DNA of 64,000 bases from Candidatus Hydrogenedentota bacterium (GCA_034408725.1 JAWXCN010000035.1:36201-100200); one strand, 5' to 3'; positions 48,564 to 58,053 are shown, numbered from the stretch's first letter. Notes: generated by a model from the sequence alone, not told the origin. Translations and numbers: made by a program.

Positions 48564-51231
48564 ATTCTCTCCCTGTCATGCCTATAGCATGGGACGCTTT
48601 ATCTCGCAACTGGTTGTATGCGCGCTTCATTCGGCGCATTGCCCATGCCGCCTTGTCGCGCCACCGCTCCTTACGCTTTGGCGCAAACAACTCGCTCGCT
48701 GATTTTCGTTTCTCGTATTGGCTGATTCTTTCGCGCATGACCGCGACCGGAATATCGGTGAACATTTTGAACGCATCGCGGCCACGGCTCGCCGTTACAT
48801 AGAATTGCTCGGCATTCATCGCGGGAATTGAATCACGGCCCATCGCCGCCAGCACTACGTCCACCGTCTTGCCCTGCGAACTGTAACTTGTATCGACGTA
48901 GCCATGCGTCAGGTGTTTGAAGTCTTTTCCGATAACCCACCCATTATCAAGCTCAATGTCACCGTCTTTGGTGAAGGACTTGACCTTGTATTGCATTCCA
49001 TTATCGAGTCGATGCCCGTCAACGGACTTGCCGGTTCTCGTGATTCGGATGGTGTCTCCGCTTGCGAGTTTAATTGATCCCGGAGCGTATGGAGAGAAAT
49101 GTTCAGGGCGCAAAGCATCCCATGTATTTCTAACGTCTTCGCTGATAAGCCGCTCACCAGCTCGATAATCGCCTGAATTTCGGTTGAACTGAATGACCTC
49201 TGTGCCGTCGTATGAATCACGGTCACTTTTCTCCGCCTCAGTCCAATGCAGCGGCCTAAGAATCTGAAAATCCCCTTCATCGTCGCCCAGCCTTCCCTCC
49301 AGTTTCAGTTTGTCCCGTATCGCTTCCGTTACTTTGTCGCCTTCCTTGTGCGTTGGCGATACCACCAGAACGCTTTGCCCGCTATGCAGCGCGCGCATGT
49401 ATTCGTTCACCAGGCCGGAATGATCGCCGTCGCCCTCCTTCACCCAACCAAGTCCAGCCAATTTATCATATCCAGCCAAAATGTCACCCGCCGCGATTGC
49501 GTTCACCGCGTCTTTGTACTTCGCATTTATTTGACGCCGGTTTTCCTTGAGCCGCCCGACGGGAAGCCCGCCGAATTTCTCCAGCACCGGAAACAGATTG
49601 CCGCGCTGTATGCTCTTGTGTTGCTTCCTGTCGCCTTGCAGAATCACGCGCGCGTTTAACGCTTTCGCATGAGCGAATACCTGGTCAATGTCATTCAGCG
49701 ATGCAAGGGGAGCTTCGTCTATGTAGATATACCCGTCGCGCGCTTGCGCCCGGAATCTATCATCGACCAGGAACCGAGCAATCGTATCGGCATTCTCAAA
49801 GCCCTTTTCACGAAGCGTTCCCCGCGAGGCCGACGCGGAAGGAGCGAGGAACACGCCCGGCTTGTCAATGCCTGGAATCGTTCGCTGCATGGTTGTGGTT
49901 TTACCCGTACCCGCATCACCTTCGATCATGATGACGCGATCAGGCGAATCCCAGATATGCTTACAAACCACTTGCTGTTCGAGTGAAAGCGTGCCAGTTG
50001 CGGAGGCAACATGCTTGGGGTCATCACGCCCCAAGCCTCTCATCGTCCCTCTCCCATCACGCGCGAAGGCGATGATGCGGCCTTCCTGCTCTAAAACATC
50101 CTGAGTCGTTGATTCGTCCCCCTTGACGAGCAACCCTTGCCTCATAGCCTCCGGCATCACTTCATCCGGCAGGCCCGCGCCCATTGATCGTTCCATTGCC
50201 GTGATCGCTACGTCATGCCAATCAACGACGCTGTTACGATAGAAATTATGTTGCAGAGCGAAGTCCACCGCCGCTTCGATGCGATTCATTGGCTTTGGAT
50301 GTTTACCAAGCTTCGCCGCTTCAATCGCTTCCGCAATGCCCTTGCGTTCGTCATCGGTCAACCGGCCATTCCAATAATCCCGATAATCCGCCAGCGTCAT
50401 GTCATCGCGCTTGTGGAGCCGTGAAGTTGCCCCGAGCTTGTCCTTGCTCATGGGATTCTCGATGCCCAGAGTATCAGCGAGCTTTTCAACTTCGCTTGTA
50501 CGGCGGGAGAATTTCGCCACCGCGCTCTGCGGAATGTCCTTGATATCCCAGGAGTAATAACGCCTGCCGCCTCGTTCATCCGTCTTGTATTTCGTTCCGA
50601 CCTCGTAGCCTAAGTCAGACAACTTACTTGCCAGCCGCATATCGAAACGCCGGTCGAAGTATTTCCGAAGCTCCCAGATCGGACGGAACCGTATCGCTTT
50701 CCATTGCTGTTCGTCGGCATCCCATGTAACATTCGGGATTACAAAATGAATATGCCGGTCAGGGTCAGGCATACGATCTTCACGCGCAGGCCGCGTTTCA
50801 GGATGCTCAAATCCATACCACACCATATTGCCGGTGATTTTCTCTCCGTCTCGTCCGCCCTTCATGCGCGTGGTAATCATGCCCTCAAGATCGCCCATCG
50901 CTTCACGACCCGCTTGCCATATCGCATCATGAATGCGCTCGTCACCGCCCTCTAACGCGATGGTGATTCCCTTCGGAATGCTCGCGGTTATGTCGCAATA
51001 CGCGATTCGTTCATCCACGATGCGCGCCGTGAGTTGCTCCCCTGAATGCGGATCGAGGCCAAGCAACAGATTCCTGAACTGGTCGAAGTCGGGTTTTTCT
51101 TCGAGTCCGAGCATCTTCGCAGCCGCGCCACCTACTTCGTTATGAAGTCCATCCGCTTCTAAACCGCCGTCGGATTTCTTGAAATAGAAATATCCTTGGC
51201 TTGCATTTTTGCAATCACGGAATCTCAACAC
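48544..51231 (-). CDS. MobF (TrwC/TraI-type) relaxase-helicase
   Basis: RBS GGAGG and GTG start MLRF; H...PDPDRHIH HUH motif; FSRRT; EGDAGTGKT; YIDEA; GDRKQH; HGYVDTSYSSQGKTVD; YVTASRGR. Confidence 0.92.
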   Translation of the reverse strand: MLRFRDCKNASQGYFYFKKSDGGLEADGLHNEVGGAAAKMLGLEEKPDFDQFRNLLLGLDPHSGEQLTARIVDERIAYCDITASIPKGITIALEGGDERIHDAIWQAGREAMGDLEGMITTRMKGGRDGEKITGNMVWYGFEHPETRPAREDRMPDPDRHIHFVIPNVTWDADEQQWKAIRFRPIWELRKYFDRRFDMRLASKLSDLGYEVGTKYKTDERGGRRYYSWDIKDIPQSAVAKFSRRTSEVEKLADTLGIENPMSKDKLGATSRLHKRDDMTLADYRDYWNGRLTDDERKGIAEAIEAAKLGKHPKPMNRIEAAVDFALQHNFYRNSVVDWHDVAITAMERSMGAGLPDEVMPEAMRQGLLVKGDESTTQDVLEQEGRIIAFARDGRGTMRGLGRDDPKHVASATGTLSLEQQVVCKHIWDSPDRVIMIEGDAGTGKTTTMQRTIPGIDKPGVFLAPSASASRGTLREKGFENADTIARFLVDDRFRAQARDGYIYIDEAPLASLNDIDQVFAHAKALNARVILQGDRKQHKSIQRGNLFPVLEKFGGLPVGRLKENRRQINAKYKDAVNAIAAGDILAGYDKLAGLGWVKEGDGDHSGLVNEYMRALHSGQSVLVVSPTHKEGDKVTEAIRDKLKLEGRLGDDEGDFQILRPLHWTEAEKSDRDSYDGTEVIQFNRNSGDYRAGERLISEDVRNTWDALRPEHFSPYAPGSIKLASGDTIRITRTGKSVDGHRLDNGMQYKVKSFTKDGDIELDNGWVIGKDFKHLTHGYVDTSYSSQGKTVDVVLAAMGRDSIPAMNAEQFYVTASRGRDAFKMFTDIPVAVMRERISQYEKRKSASELFAPKRKERWRDKAAWAMRRMKRAYNQLRDKASHAIGMTGREYGYERL

Positions 51232-51267
51232 GGTTGTAACCTCCGTACCCCACGTTACAATCACGCT

Positions 51268-51460
51268 AACGTATGCGCAATTAGTTTTATTCATGAGGGG
51301 GACACCCCCACGCATCGGTCAAGGCCAAGCCCTATGGGTTTCGCTTTGCGTTGCGAAACAGCGGCGTCACACGTCGCTTCGCTTCTACTCCGCCAATTGC
51401 CGTTTCGTTCGCAGCGTAAGCCTTGACCTCACTTCCCCCGAAGCTCCGCACCATACAGTT
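51268..51460. promoter_or_regulatory. Candidate oriT with large fold-back structure
   Basis: Minus-strand TGCGTGGGGGTGT (51302-51314) resembles the F nic sequence; 9-bp inverted repeat GGTCAAGGC (51317) / GCCTTGACC (51420). Confidence 0.55.
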
Positions 51461-51509
51461 TCAGAGCGCGCAAGAATGCTCGCTCTTAAACTGTCTACAA
51501 GGAGTTTTT

Positions 51510-51698
51510 ATGCAGGCAATTATTCGTCATCGCAATTCCGTTTCTTTAACATTTATCAACCCGCCAAGCGCGGAAACAAAGGCTATTCTCGCTCAATACG
51601 GTTTTCAGTATGACCCGAAAAGCGGAAACTGGTTTAAGAGTCAGCGCGAGTCGGCGTTGATTGATGAAAAAGACGTTGCGGGAAACCTCGCAGGATAG
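51510..51698 (+). CDS. Small protein with F-x-x-PP...GF-x-Y...W module
   Basis: RBS AAGGAG; LTFINPPSAETKAILAQYGFQYDPKSGNWFK. Confidence 0.65.
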   Translation: MQAIIRHRNSVSLTFINPPSAETKAILAQYGFQYDPKSGNWFKSQRESALIDEKDVAGNLAG

Positions 51699-51705
51699 TA
51701 ACAAC

Positions 51706-51739
51706 AGGGTGAGCGGCGCGAAACCGCTCACCCACTTTA
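51706..51739 (+). terminator. Strong hairpin between establishment genes
   Basis: GGGTGAGCGG-CGCGAAA-CCGCTCACCC followed by ACTTTAT. Confidence 0.45.
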
Positions 51740-51753
51740 TGCGAGGGCAGATC

Positions 51754-52101
51754 ATGACACATGATGCAATCCGAAAGGCGCATTTCGAGCGGCTTAATTC
51801 TTATCGTAATTCCACCGAGTACGCCGAATATGCCAACGCCATTGGCGCGGATATTCCACAAGGCGAGCTTCCATCGCTCATTGGCAACCGCTGGGAAATC
51901 GACGAGCAAATCTACGATGAGTTTCTAGGTATGCTCCCGCCCCTTGCATGGCAGGGAGGTTCCTTCTACATGTGTGAATTTACCTTTGCGGACATAACAG
52001 CGAAATTCACCAAGGAGGGCGACAAGTTTTATTGCGAGTTTGCCCATTACCCGCGCCATACCGCAAGAGCGCAAAACAACGGCGAGGGCCGCAGCTTATG
52101 A
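51754..52101 (+). CDS. DUF1419-like plasmid/phage protein
   Basis: WEIDEQIYDEFLGMLPPL.W...SFYMCEF....ITAKF pattern. Confidence 0.7.
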   Translation: MTHDAIRKAHFERLNSYRNSTEYAEYANAIGADIPQGELPSLIGNRWEIDEQIYDEFLGMLPPLAWQGGSFYMCEFTFADITAKFTKEGDKFYCEFAHYPRHTARAQNNGEGRSL

Positions 52102-53081
52102 CCGACCAACAGCTTGACTTCACCGATGCGCTTCCACTTGATACCGGCGTTCCCATCATTGCATCGCCCAGCGACATCAACGCCGAACTCGCATCCCGCG
52201 CCTTCAATGGCACCAGCTTCACGCCTGAAAAGAGGGGAGAGCAGCGTCAACGCGAATACGCCGACGAAGTGAATGGCTTTTATGCGGAGCTTTGGCCCAA
52301 AGCAAAAACAGACGAGCAAAAGGCTTTGCTCGCCGAAGAAATGGAACGCTACCGGCAGGGCTACATCAAGCACATGACGGCCTATCTGCATAGCCATTCC
52401 AATGTTGTTTCCGCGTTCATCGCCGGGCCGTCCAAATTCCCCGTTGCGCGTATGCAAAAGCGTGGACAGTGGGCCGACAACAAAGCCAACGACTTGCTGG
52501 AATGGCGCACGCGAGCAAGGCAAGCCATCCAACGAAAGCTTATGGACGCTCGCCCGCAAGAGGTGAAGGACGCCGCCGAGTGGAACGCATTGGCGCGCGA
52601 CATCGCCGGAAGTCTGGGAGTCATCAAAGAGATTGATGAGGGGCATTCGCCGTACACCCGTAGCGCGTTCGTCAATTCCATTGTCGGCAAGGTCGAGCGG
52701 CTCGCCCACAACGACGAGGTCGAGCTTGTAACGAAGGCTCTGCAATTCGTCACAGAGTACAACGAACGCCACAAGAAACCGGCTATCTCATCTCGCCATA
52801 AGTTTTGGACGCTCGCAACGGTTGCGGAGCAGGCGCGCGGTAGACTCACTGTGAACGCCACGCAAGAGCCGGAAGTTATCGCCCACGCCGAAGGGGTCGA
52901 GATTGTCGTCAATCCACAGGCCGACCGCGTGCAAATCATTTTCGCCGCGAAACCGAGCGTCGAGATTATCGGAAAACTGAAAGCAGAAGCGTGGAATTGG
53001 TCGCCGAGAGAAGGGGCTTGGCAGAGGAAATTGACTGAGGCCGCGAAGTACAGCGCGAAAAGAGTGACCGGCCTTTTGTGA
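52098..53081 (+). CDS. Mobile-element protein of the type seen in plasmid establishment regions
   Basis: RAFNGTSFTPEKRG, SAFIAGPSKFP, C-terminal DRVQIIFAAKP...LK..AWNWSP..GAWQRKLT. Confidence 0.7.
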   Translation: MTDQQLDFTDALPLDTGVPIIASPSDINAELASRAFNGTSFTPEKRGEQRQREYADEVNGFYAELWPKAKTDEQKALLAEEMERYRQGYIKHMTAYLHSHSNVVSAFIAGPSKFPVARMQKRGQWADNKANDLLEWRTRARQAIQRKLMDARPQEVKDAAEWNALARDIAGSLGVIKEIDEGHSPYTRSAFVNSIVGKVERLAHNDEVELVTKALQFVTEYNERHKKPAISSRHKFWTLATVAEQARGRLTVNATQEPEVIAHAEGVEIVVNPQADRVQIIFAAKPSVEIIGKLKAEAWNWSPREGAWQRKLTEAAKYSAKRVTGLL

Positions 53082-53815
53082 CCATCCTCCTCAAACGCCA
53101 AATCGGAAACGCCACTCTCTATTGCGGCGATAGTCTCGAAGTTCTTCCGACGCTTCCGACCGCCGACGTAGTTATCACCGACCCGCCTTACAACGCGAAG
53201 ACGCACGCGGGCGCACGCACGACGCAAAACGCGAAACAGGTAACGCAGTTCGAGGCCGTATCCGACCAGTACATCACGGAGCTTTTTTCGATGCTCCTTG
53301 GAATGACGAAGCATTGGGTGATCTCCACCGTCGCATGGCAGCACCTCCAGCCCTTGGAAAAGGCATTCCCAGACGAATTTATACGCGCCGGGGTATGGGT
53401 GAAGCCCCACTACACGAAACAGCACTCCGGCGACCGTCCAGCGACCGGCTGGGAAGCTATTGCGATGCTTCATCCGCTTGGCAAGAAACGCTGGTACGGC
53501 GGCGACAAGTCGAGCGTGTATTACGCCGACCCGGAGATGGGATACAACCAAACGCAAAAACCGTTAAAGCTAGTCGCTGAATTTGTTCAGGATTTCAGCA
53601 CGCCGGGCGAAACCGTACTCGATCCGTTCATGGGATCGGGTACTACTGGAGCCGCTTGCGCCAAGCTGGGGAGGAAGTTCATCGGCATCGAGCGTGACCC
53701 GCGCATGTTCGAGATCGCTTGCAAGCGCATCGAGGAGGCGTATCGCTCACGGCAAACCGGATGGCAAGCCAAAGTCACGCAGCAACGGACGCTCGGAGCA
53801 ACCAATGACCGCTGA
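53078..53815 (+). CDS. Orphan N4/N6 DNA methyltransferase (class beta)
   Basis: GDSLEVL, ITDPPY, TQKPLKL, VLDPFMGSGTTG, FIGIE. Confidence 0.92.
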   Translation: MTILLKRQIGNATLYCGDSLEVLPTLPTADVVITDPPYNAKTHAGARTTQNAKQVTQFEAVSDQYITELFSMLLGMTKHWVISTVAWQHLQPLEKAFPDEFIRAGVWVKPHYTKQHSGDRPATGWEAIAMLHPLGKKRWYGGDKSSVYYADPEMGYNQTQKPLKLVAEFVQDFSTPGETVLDPFMGSGTTGAACAKLGRKFIGIERDPRMFEIACKRIEEAYRSRQTGWQAKVTQQRTLGATNDR

Positions 53816-54012
53816 CCCAATCGAAATGACTGCGCAGATGCTCGCACAACCAAGCCTATTCTGATTGGGCTACGGCGTAAGTGAGATGTCTGACTAATCC
53901 GCTGTCCAAAATGGCGGGGTGAGCAGGAGTGCGGGATCGCTACGCGCTAATTAGCTTTCAGTCTAGTGCTTCTGCATTGCTATGCAGAACCTTGCACGGC
54001 GCAAGGCCGGCA

Positions 54013-55395
54013 CTAGACTGCCTGCGGCGCGATCCCAATATCATGTTCCAAGACGCGTTCGCCAACTACGGGGCTTATCCGCAAGCGGCTATAGACTTCG
54101 CTTCTGAGCGTATCTTCATAGCCAGTCCCAAGCGCGGACTCGCTGATTGCCACGTCCAATCGTATGCGCACATCGTCGAACCAAGTAAGGAACGCTTTAA
54201 CCAAGTCTTCCGCGACGCCACTATCCGACGGCACGGCAAATTTCTCGCGGCCCAGCAGAACGGCACGGACGATAGCTTCCGCAACCGGAAGCGGATAGTT
54301 GCCCGTTTGAATCTCTTTTCCGCCATCCGCTAAAAGCGTAACGTCCGCCGTATCCATAAATGGGGCGATCTGGACTCGACGAACCAGTCCACGGTCCACA
54401 TGAAATGAAATAGTATCAGCGTCGCTGCTATAAAAACTCTCTGGAAACTGGCGCGTGTTCAGTAATGCCTCAAGCGATTTCGCAATACCTTCCGCGACGC
54501 TACCGATGCTCGCGCTCTTACGCTTTTTTTGAGTTTTTGTTTTATCTTGCGCGACAGCGATGCGCGAGTCGCAAGTCGCCTTCAGATCGGCATACAGTTG
54601 CTCAATCTTTACTCCGCTCTTGGCCTTCCCTAGAAGCCATCCATCAAGTGCGCGAAGCTTTGGACCAGGGGAAACCTTCGCCGCTCCCCAATTCACTGGC
54701 GCTTCGCCCTGCCAGACCGCCTTGCCAAGCTTGACGAGTTCACCTTGCTGCGCACTCGTTAACGTGCGCGGATCAAAAACGGGGTATCGACGTAACTTAG
54801 AAGTCGGGGCCTCAAGCGCACCGGCGCCCATGCTCGCCGATCCATTTATTTCCATCGAATATGCAAACAAAGTCGATGTCATCACCGCCCCCAACAATTC
54901 CCACTCAAGGTCATCAATCGGCTCAAGATAATTGCAACGCTGATCTACGACCTTTGGCGTAACAAATATGAACGGCGCAAACACGGCGTCTACCGCTTTC
55001 CGTAGCCACAGCCGGGCTGGGAATGGACGTGCCTTGGGTGCATACCATGTTCCGCCTCCTTGCGCTTCCAGCGCCTGCTTAACGGTTTTTCGAGCGCCTG
55101 ACTGCTTACGATCTGTCGCCGGACGGTCTGCAAGCGCGTGAATGTATCGCAAGGCCCCGGTACTACGGAGGTCTGATTCCTTTTCCTTGCACTCAAACAG
55201 CCATGTTGAGATAGTTGGCTTTTGGAGATAGGCTCCACCGTCCATATCGCTAAACGTCAATATCGGACGTAGAAACTGCTTCTCAATTCCAAACGTATCA
55301 ATCGTCGCTTTATTCAGATAGAAGAACTCATTCTGCAACGATTTATAGCCCAACGACACTTTTGCGATTTCTTCAAGGACGGTGAATTTACTCAT
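54013..55395 (-). CDS. Target-recognition/specificity subunit of a split Type IIG-like RM system
   Basis: LEEIAKVSLGYKSLQNEFFYL start, AVMTSTL...EING...GAGALE pattern typical of Eco57I-type TRD regions; ATGA overlap with the MTase gene. Confidence 0.7.
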   Translation of the reverse strand: MSKFTVLEEIAKVSLGYKSLQNEFFYLNKATIDTFGIEKQFLRPILTFSDMDGGAYLQKPTISTWLFECKEKESDLRSTGALRYIHALADRPATDRKQSGARKTVKQALEAQGGGTWYAPKARPFPARLWLRKAVDAVFAPFIFVTPKVVDQRCNYLEPIDDLEWELLGAVMTSTLFAYSMEINGSASMGAGALEAPTSKLRRYPVFDPRTLTSAQQGELVKLGKAVWQGEAPVNWGAAKVSPGPKLRALDGWLLGKAKSGVKIEQLYADLKATCDSRIAVAQDKTKTQKKRKSASIGSVAEGIAKSLEALLNTRQFPESFYSSDADTISFHVDRGLVRRVQIAPFMDTADVTLLADGGKEIQTGNYPLPVAEAIVRAVLLGREKFAVPSDSGVAEDLVKAFLTWFDDVRIRLDVAISESALGTGYEDTLRSEVYSRLRISPVVGERVLEHDIGIAPQAV

Positions 55396-57422
55396 GCGTG
55401 GTCACCAAACAATTGATAGTAGGATAAGGGCGCCCTCATAAACTTTGACCAGTTGCGGGGGGTGTTCGGGTCACTGGATAGCCCTTCACGCTCCGAAGCG
55501 AGGGGCATCAATTTTACGCGCATCGAATCATTTTCATACGACTCATCCGCATTTAGAATCTGATCCGCCACTCCAATGATGCCATCCCAGATATTGTCGG
55601 CGCCCTCTACCAGCGATGCGATGGTTCTTTTCAAATTCACGAATCGCAACGGTTCACCCGTTATTTTCGCTTTTGGATCAACCATTTCGGCCACTAGCAA
55701 TACCGCATTGACCTGCACTTGGGGGAAGAACGCTTCGGCTCCAGACGCGACAATCGCTATCAGCCGCAAATCGTTCATGAGCAGTTTTTGGAGAGCAGTC
55801 GCATAGTTCGACGTTAGCCAGCTTGCGGGGGTCACAAAGCCGACGCGCGCGCCAGGCTTCATAAACCGGAGCGCATGGAAGATGAAGAATGCGAACAAAT
55901 CGGTTTTCTGTTCGGCTTCTACGCCAACCTTCAGAGCCGCGCTGAAAAGTTGCTTGCGGTATCCGGGGTCCAAATCATCTTGATTCTGCGAACGCAGATA
56001 AGGCGGATTACCAACAATGCAATCAAAATGCGGGATAGGTACAGGAATTTTCGATGCTTGACCGGCCTTAATTCTCGGCGGCGGAAAATCGACAGGTTGT
56101 CCCGGAACGCGGTCAAAAAAATTGCCAGGAACAATGCGCGGAAAGTTCTCGAACTCTGACAAGTCTTGTCGAAATAAATTGATCGCAGCGAGTTCCGCAG
56201 CGAATGGGCTAAGGTCGAATCCCCATACTTTCGCCAGAATCTCTTGATGCGATAACCTAGCACGCGCCGCAAGGAATCCATATGCGCTCATAAGAAATGT
56301 TCCGCTACCACACCCCGGATCGAGTATAACTGTCCTATCTCCGTCTACCGTAAGCGCAACCAGAAGATCAGCGACTGGACGGGGCGTATAGAACTGCCCA
56401 AGTAGAACTTGCTCCTCATGCGGTATAAGCCTCTCAAATACCACCCCTAGAACGTCATCGGTTAACGACGCCCAATCGTAATGGGAAAGGCTTTCGATGA
56501 GAGAGCGGACCAATATCTGCCCGAGGTCAGGCATGACTACGAGGGTGTCAATCGGTTGCGGCTGGAATAGCGCTTCATAGTCGAAGCGGCGGACATCATT
56601 CCAGAACGGCTCCAATGCCTGGGGAATTTTGTCGCCTGAATTGAGAGTCAGTTCTTTAAGCGACGGTTGTTTGCGCCGCAAGGCGAAGTAAAAAAGTATC
56701 TGGCCGATCAGTCGATAACCGATCTGTCCGGCTATTGCGAATTCGGTATCTTCAACAAACCCTCGAAAGCCCTGTTGCGCGGCCAACGTGTTTATCGTCT
56801 TACGCAACTTGGCGCTCGCCATCGCTTGTTGCGTGATTTCCTTATAGAGAATCTCGCGTAAATGACCCAAAGCGTGGCTAAGCCGCGCAACAAAGATTTC
56901 GGGATCAATCACATGTCCGGCTTGTCCGCCACTCGCGGCATGACCAATTGCCGCTTCCAAAATGTCTATAGCTTGCCTCCGCAAGCTATCGGCGATGTTT
57001 GTGCGCAGCCAGTCTTCAAGTTTCGTAACTGCCGTTAGCGCGGGCCATCGCTTTAGAACACCTGCGGGGGTGACCATCCCACCCTTTGGCGGCGTAGGAT
57101 ACAGCTCCGCCTCGCGCATGTTCCAAATCACGAAGTACGGCGCCGACCAGTGTTGAGCCTTCTCGATAGCGTCAGCGAAGAAAACCGGGTCATTGATGGA
57201 GGTATCTGGAGTTTTCAATTCCAGTGCAAGGAACGCGGCTTCCGCACTTCGATCCTTCCAAATGATGAGATCACTTCGTTTGCCTGAAGTCTGCCTAGGC
57301 TTTTCTTGGCTTGCCCTGTCGATCTTCAACCCAGGACGACGTTTTATCTCGTGATTGAGCCAACCGAGAACCTCGCCTTGGAATTCGAGTTCGTTGGTCT
57401 TTTTCCGCCCTTTAGCGGCCAT
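55392..57422 (-). CDS. Restriction endonuclease-N6 adenine methyltransferase fusion
   Basis: N-terminal RSDLIIW...LELKTP nuclease; GQFYTP, LDPGCGSGTFL, IVGNPPY (gamma class). Confidence 0.9.
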   Translation of the reverse strand: MAAKGRKKTNELEFQGEVLGWLNHEIKRRPGLKIDRASQEKPRQTSGKRSDLIIWKDRSAEAAFLALELKTPDTSINDPVFFADAIEKAQHWSAPYFVIWNMREAELYPTPPKGGMVTPAGVLKRWPALTAVTKLEDWLRTNIADSLRRQAIDILEAAIGHAASGGQAGHVIDPEIFVARLSHALGHLREILYKEITQQAMASAKLRKTINTLAAQQGFRGFVEDTEFAIAGQIGYRLIGQILFYFALRRKQPSLKELTLNSGDKIPQALEPFWNDVRRFDYEALFQPQPIDTLVVMPDLGQILVRSLIESLSHYDWASLTDDVLGVVFERLIPHEEQVLLGQFYTPRPVADLLVALTVDGDRTVILDPGCGSGTFLMSAYGFLAARARLSHQEILAKVWGFDLSPFAAELAAINLFRQDLSEFENFPRIVPGNFFDRVPGQPVDFPPPRIKAGQASKIPVPIPHFDCIVGNPPYLRSQNQDDLDPGYRKQLFSAALKVGVEAEQKTDLFAFFIFHALRFMKPGARVGFVTPASWLTSNYATALQKLLMNDLRLIAIVASGAEAFFPQVQVNAVLLVAEMVDPKAKITGEPLRFVNLKRTIASLVEGADNIWDGIIGVADQILNADESYENDSMRVKLMPLASEREGLSSDPNTPRNWSKFMRAPLSYYQLFGDHA

Positions 57423-57579
57423 CTATTTCGAGTTCTCCCGTCCGCAAACCTATCAGCCATACCGACTGCGCCCACTCCGCTTATGCCGCGTTCCGCGCAG
57501 CCCTGGCGCATTCTACACCGCCTGCCGCCGAATTCGCCAGAACAACCTACGCGCAATCGTGAATCCGAATCGCCTTCAC

Positions 57580-57807
57580 TCACCTGCGTTCGTATGCCGA
57601 ATTCGGTCTACAAACGCTCCTAAGCCGCCACTCAGGCACCCCGCAAATGCGCCTACTCAGACTGAATTCGCGTTTAGGATGCAAATCGTATATCGGCGGG
57701 TGACATGCGTACACGCCAACGATTTCGCCCCGCAGTTCGACATTGCCCCGGCTATCGAGCATCAATACTTCATCGCCTATTTTTCGCAGATCACAAGGAA
57801 ACGTCAT
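57580..57807 (-). CDS. Phage-like small hypothetical protein
   Basis: 75 aa; ATGA-coupled to the upstream gene. Confidence 0.55.
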   Translation of the reverse strand: MTFPCDLRKIGDEVLMLDSRGNVELRGEIVGVYACHPPIYDLHPKREFSLSRRICGVPEWRLRSVCRPNSAYERR

Positions 57808-58046
57808 AGCCGCCCCGCCATATAGACCTCTGCGATGGCCGCGTTCCGCTCCGCCTCAGTCCGATACAGAATCACCGGGCCACCCTTGATCTTGAACGCG
57901 ACGCCCGTTTCACGCGCGACGAGATCATTCATGGCATTCACCTGGGCTTTGCTATAGCCCGGCTCCTCGAACTGCGCATCGACCGCCTTGTCGGCCAGCC
58001 AAACGCAGCCAACCATGAACAAGGCCAGAAACAAGTACGTTTTCAT
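57804..58046 (-). CDS. Phage-like small protein with N-terminal TM/signal segment
   Basis: RBS GAGGA; MKTYLFLALFMVGCVWL. Confidence 0.6.
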   Translation of the reverse strand: MKTYLFLALFMVGCVWLADKAVDAQFEEPGYSKAQVNAMNDLVARETGVAFKIKGGPVILYRTEAERNAAIAEVYMAGRL

Positions 58047-58053
58047 ATCATCC

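Noticed and set aside
52382-53557. 391-aa minus-strand ORF
   Set aside because: Antisense to two well-supported plus-strand genes
53895-53935. attR copy of the tRNA-Lys 3' end
   Set aside because: Only a short inverted CCCCGCCATTTT resemblance; wrong orientation and too little identity
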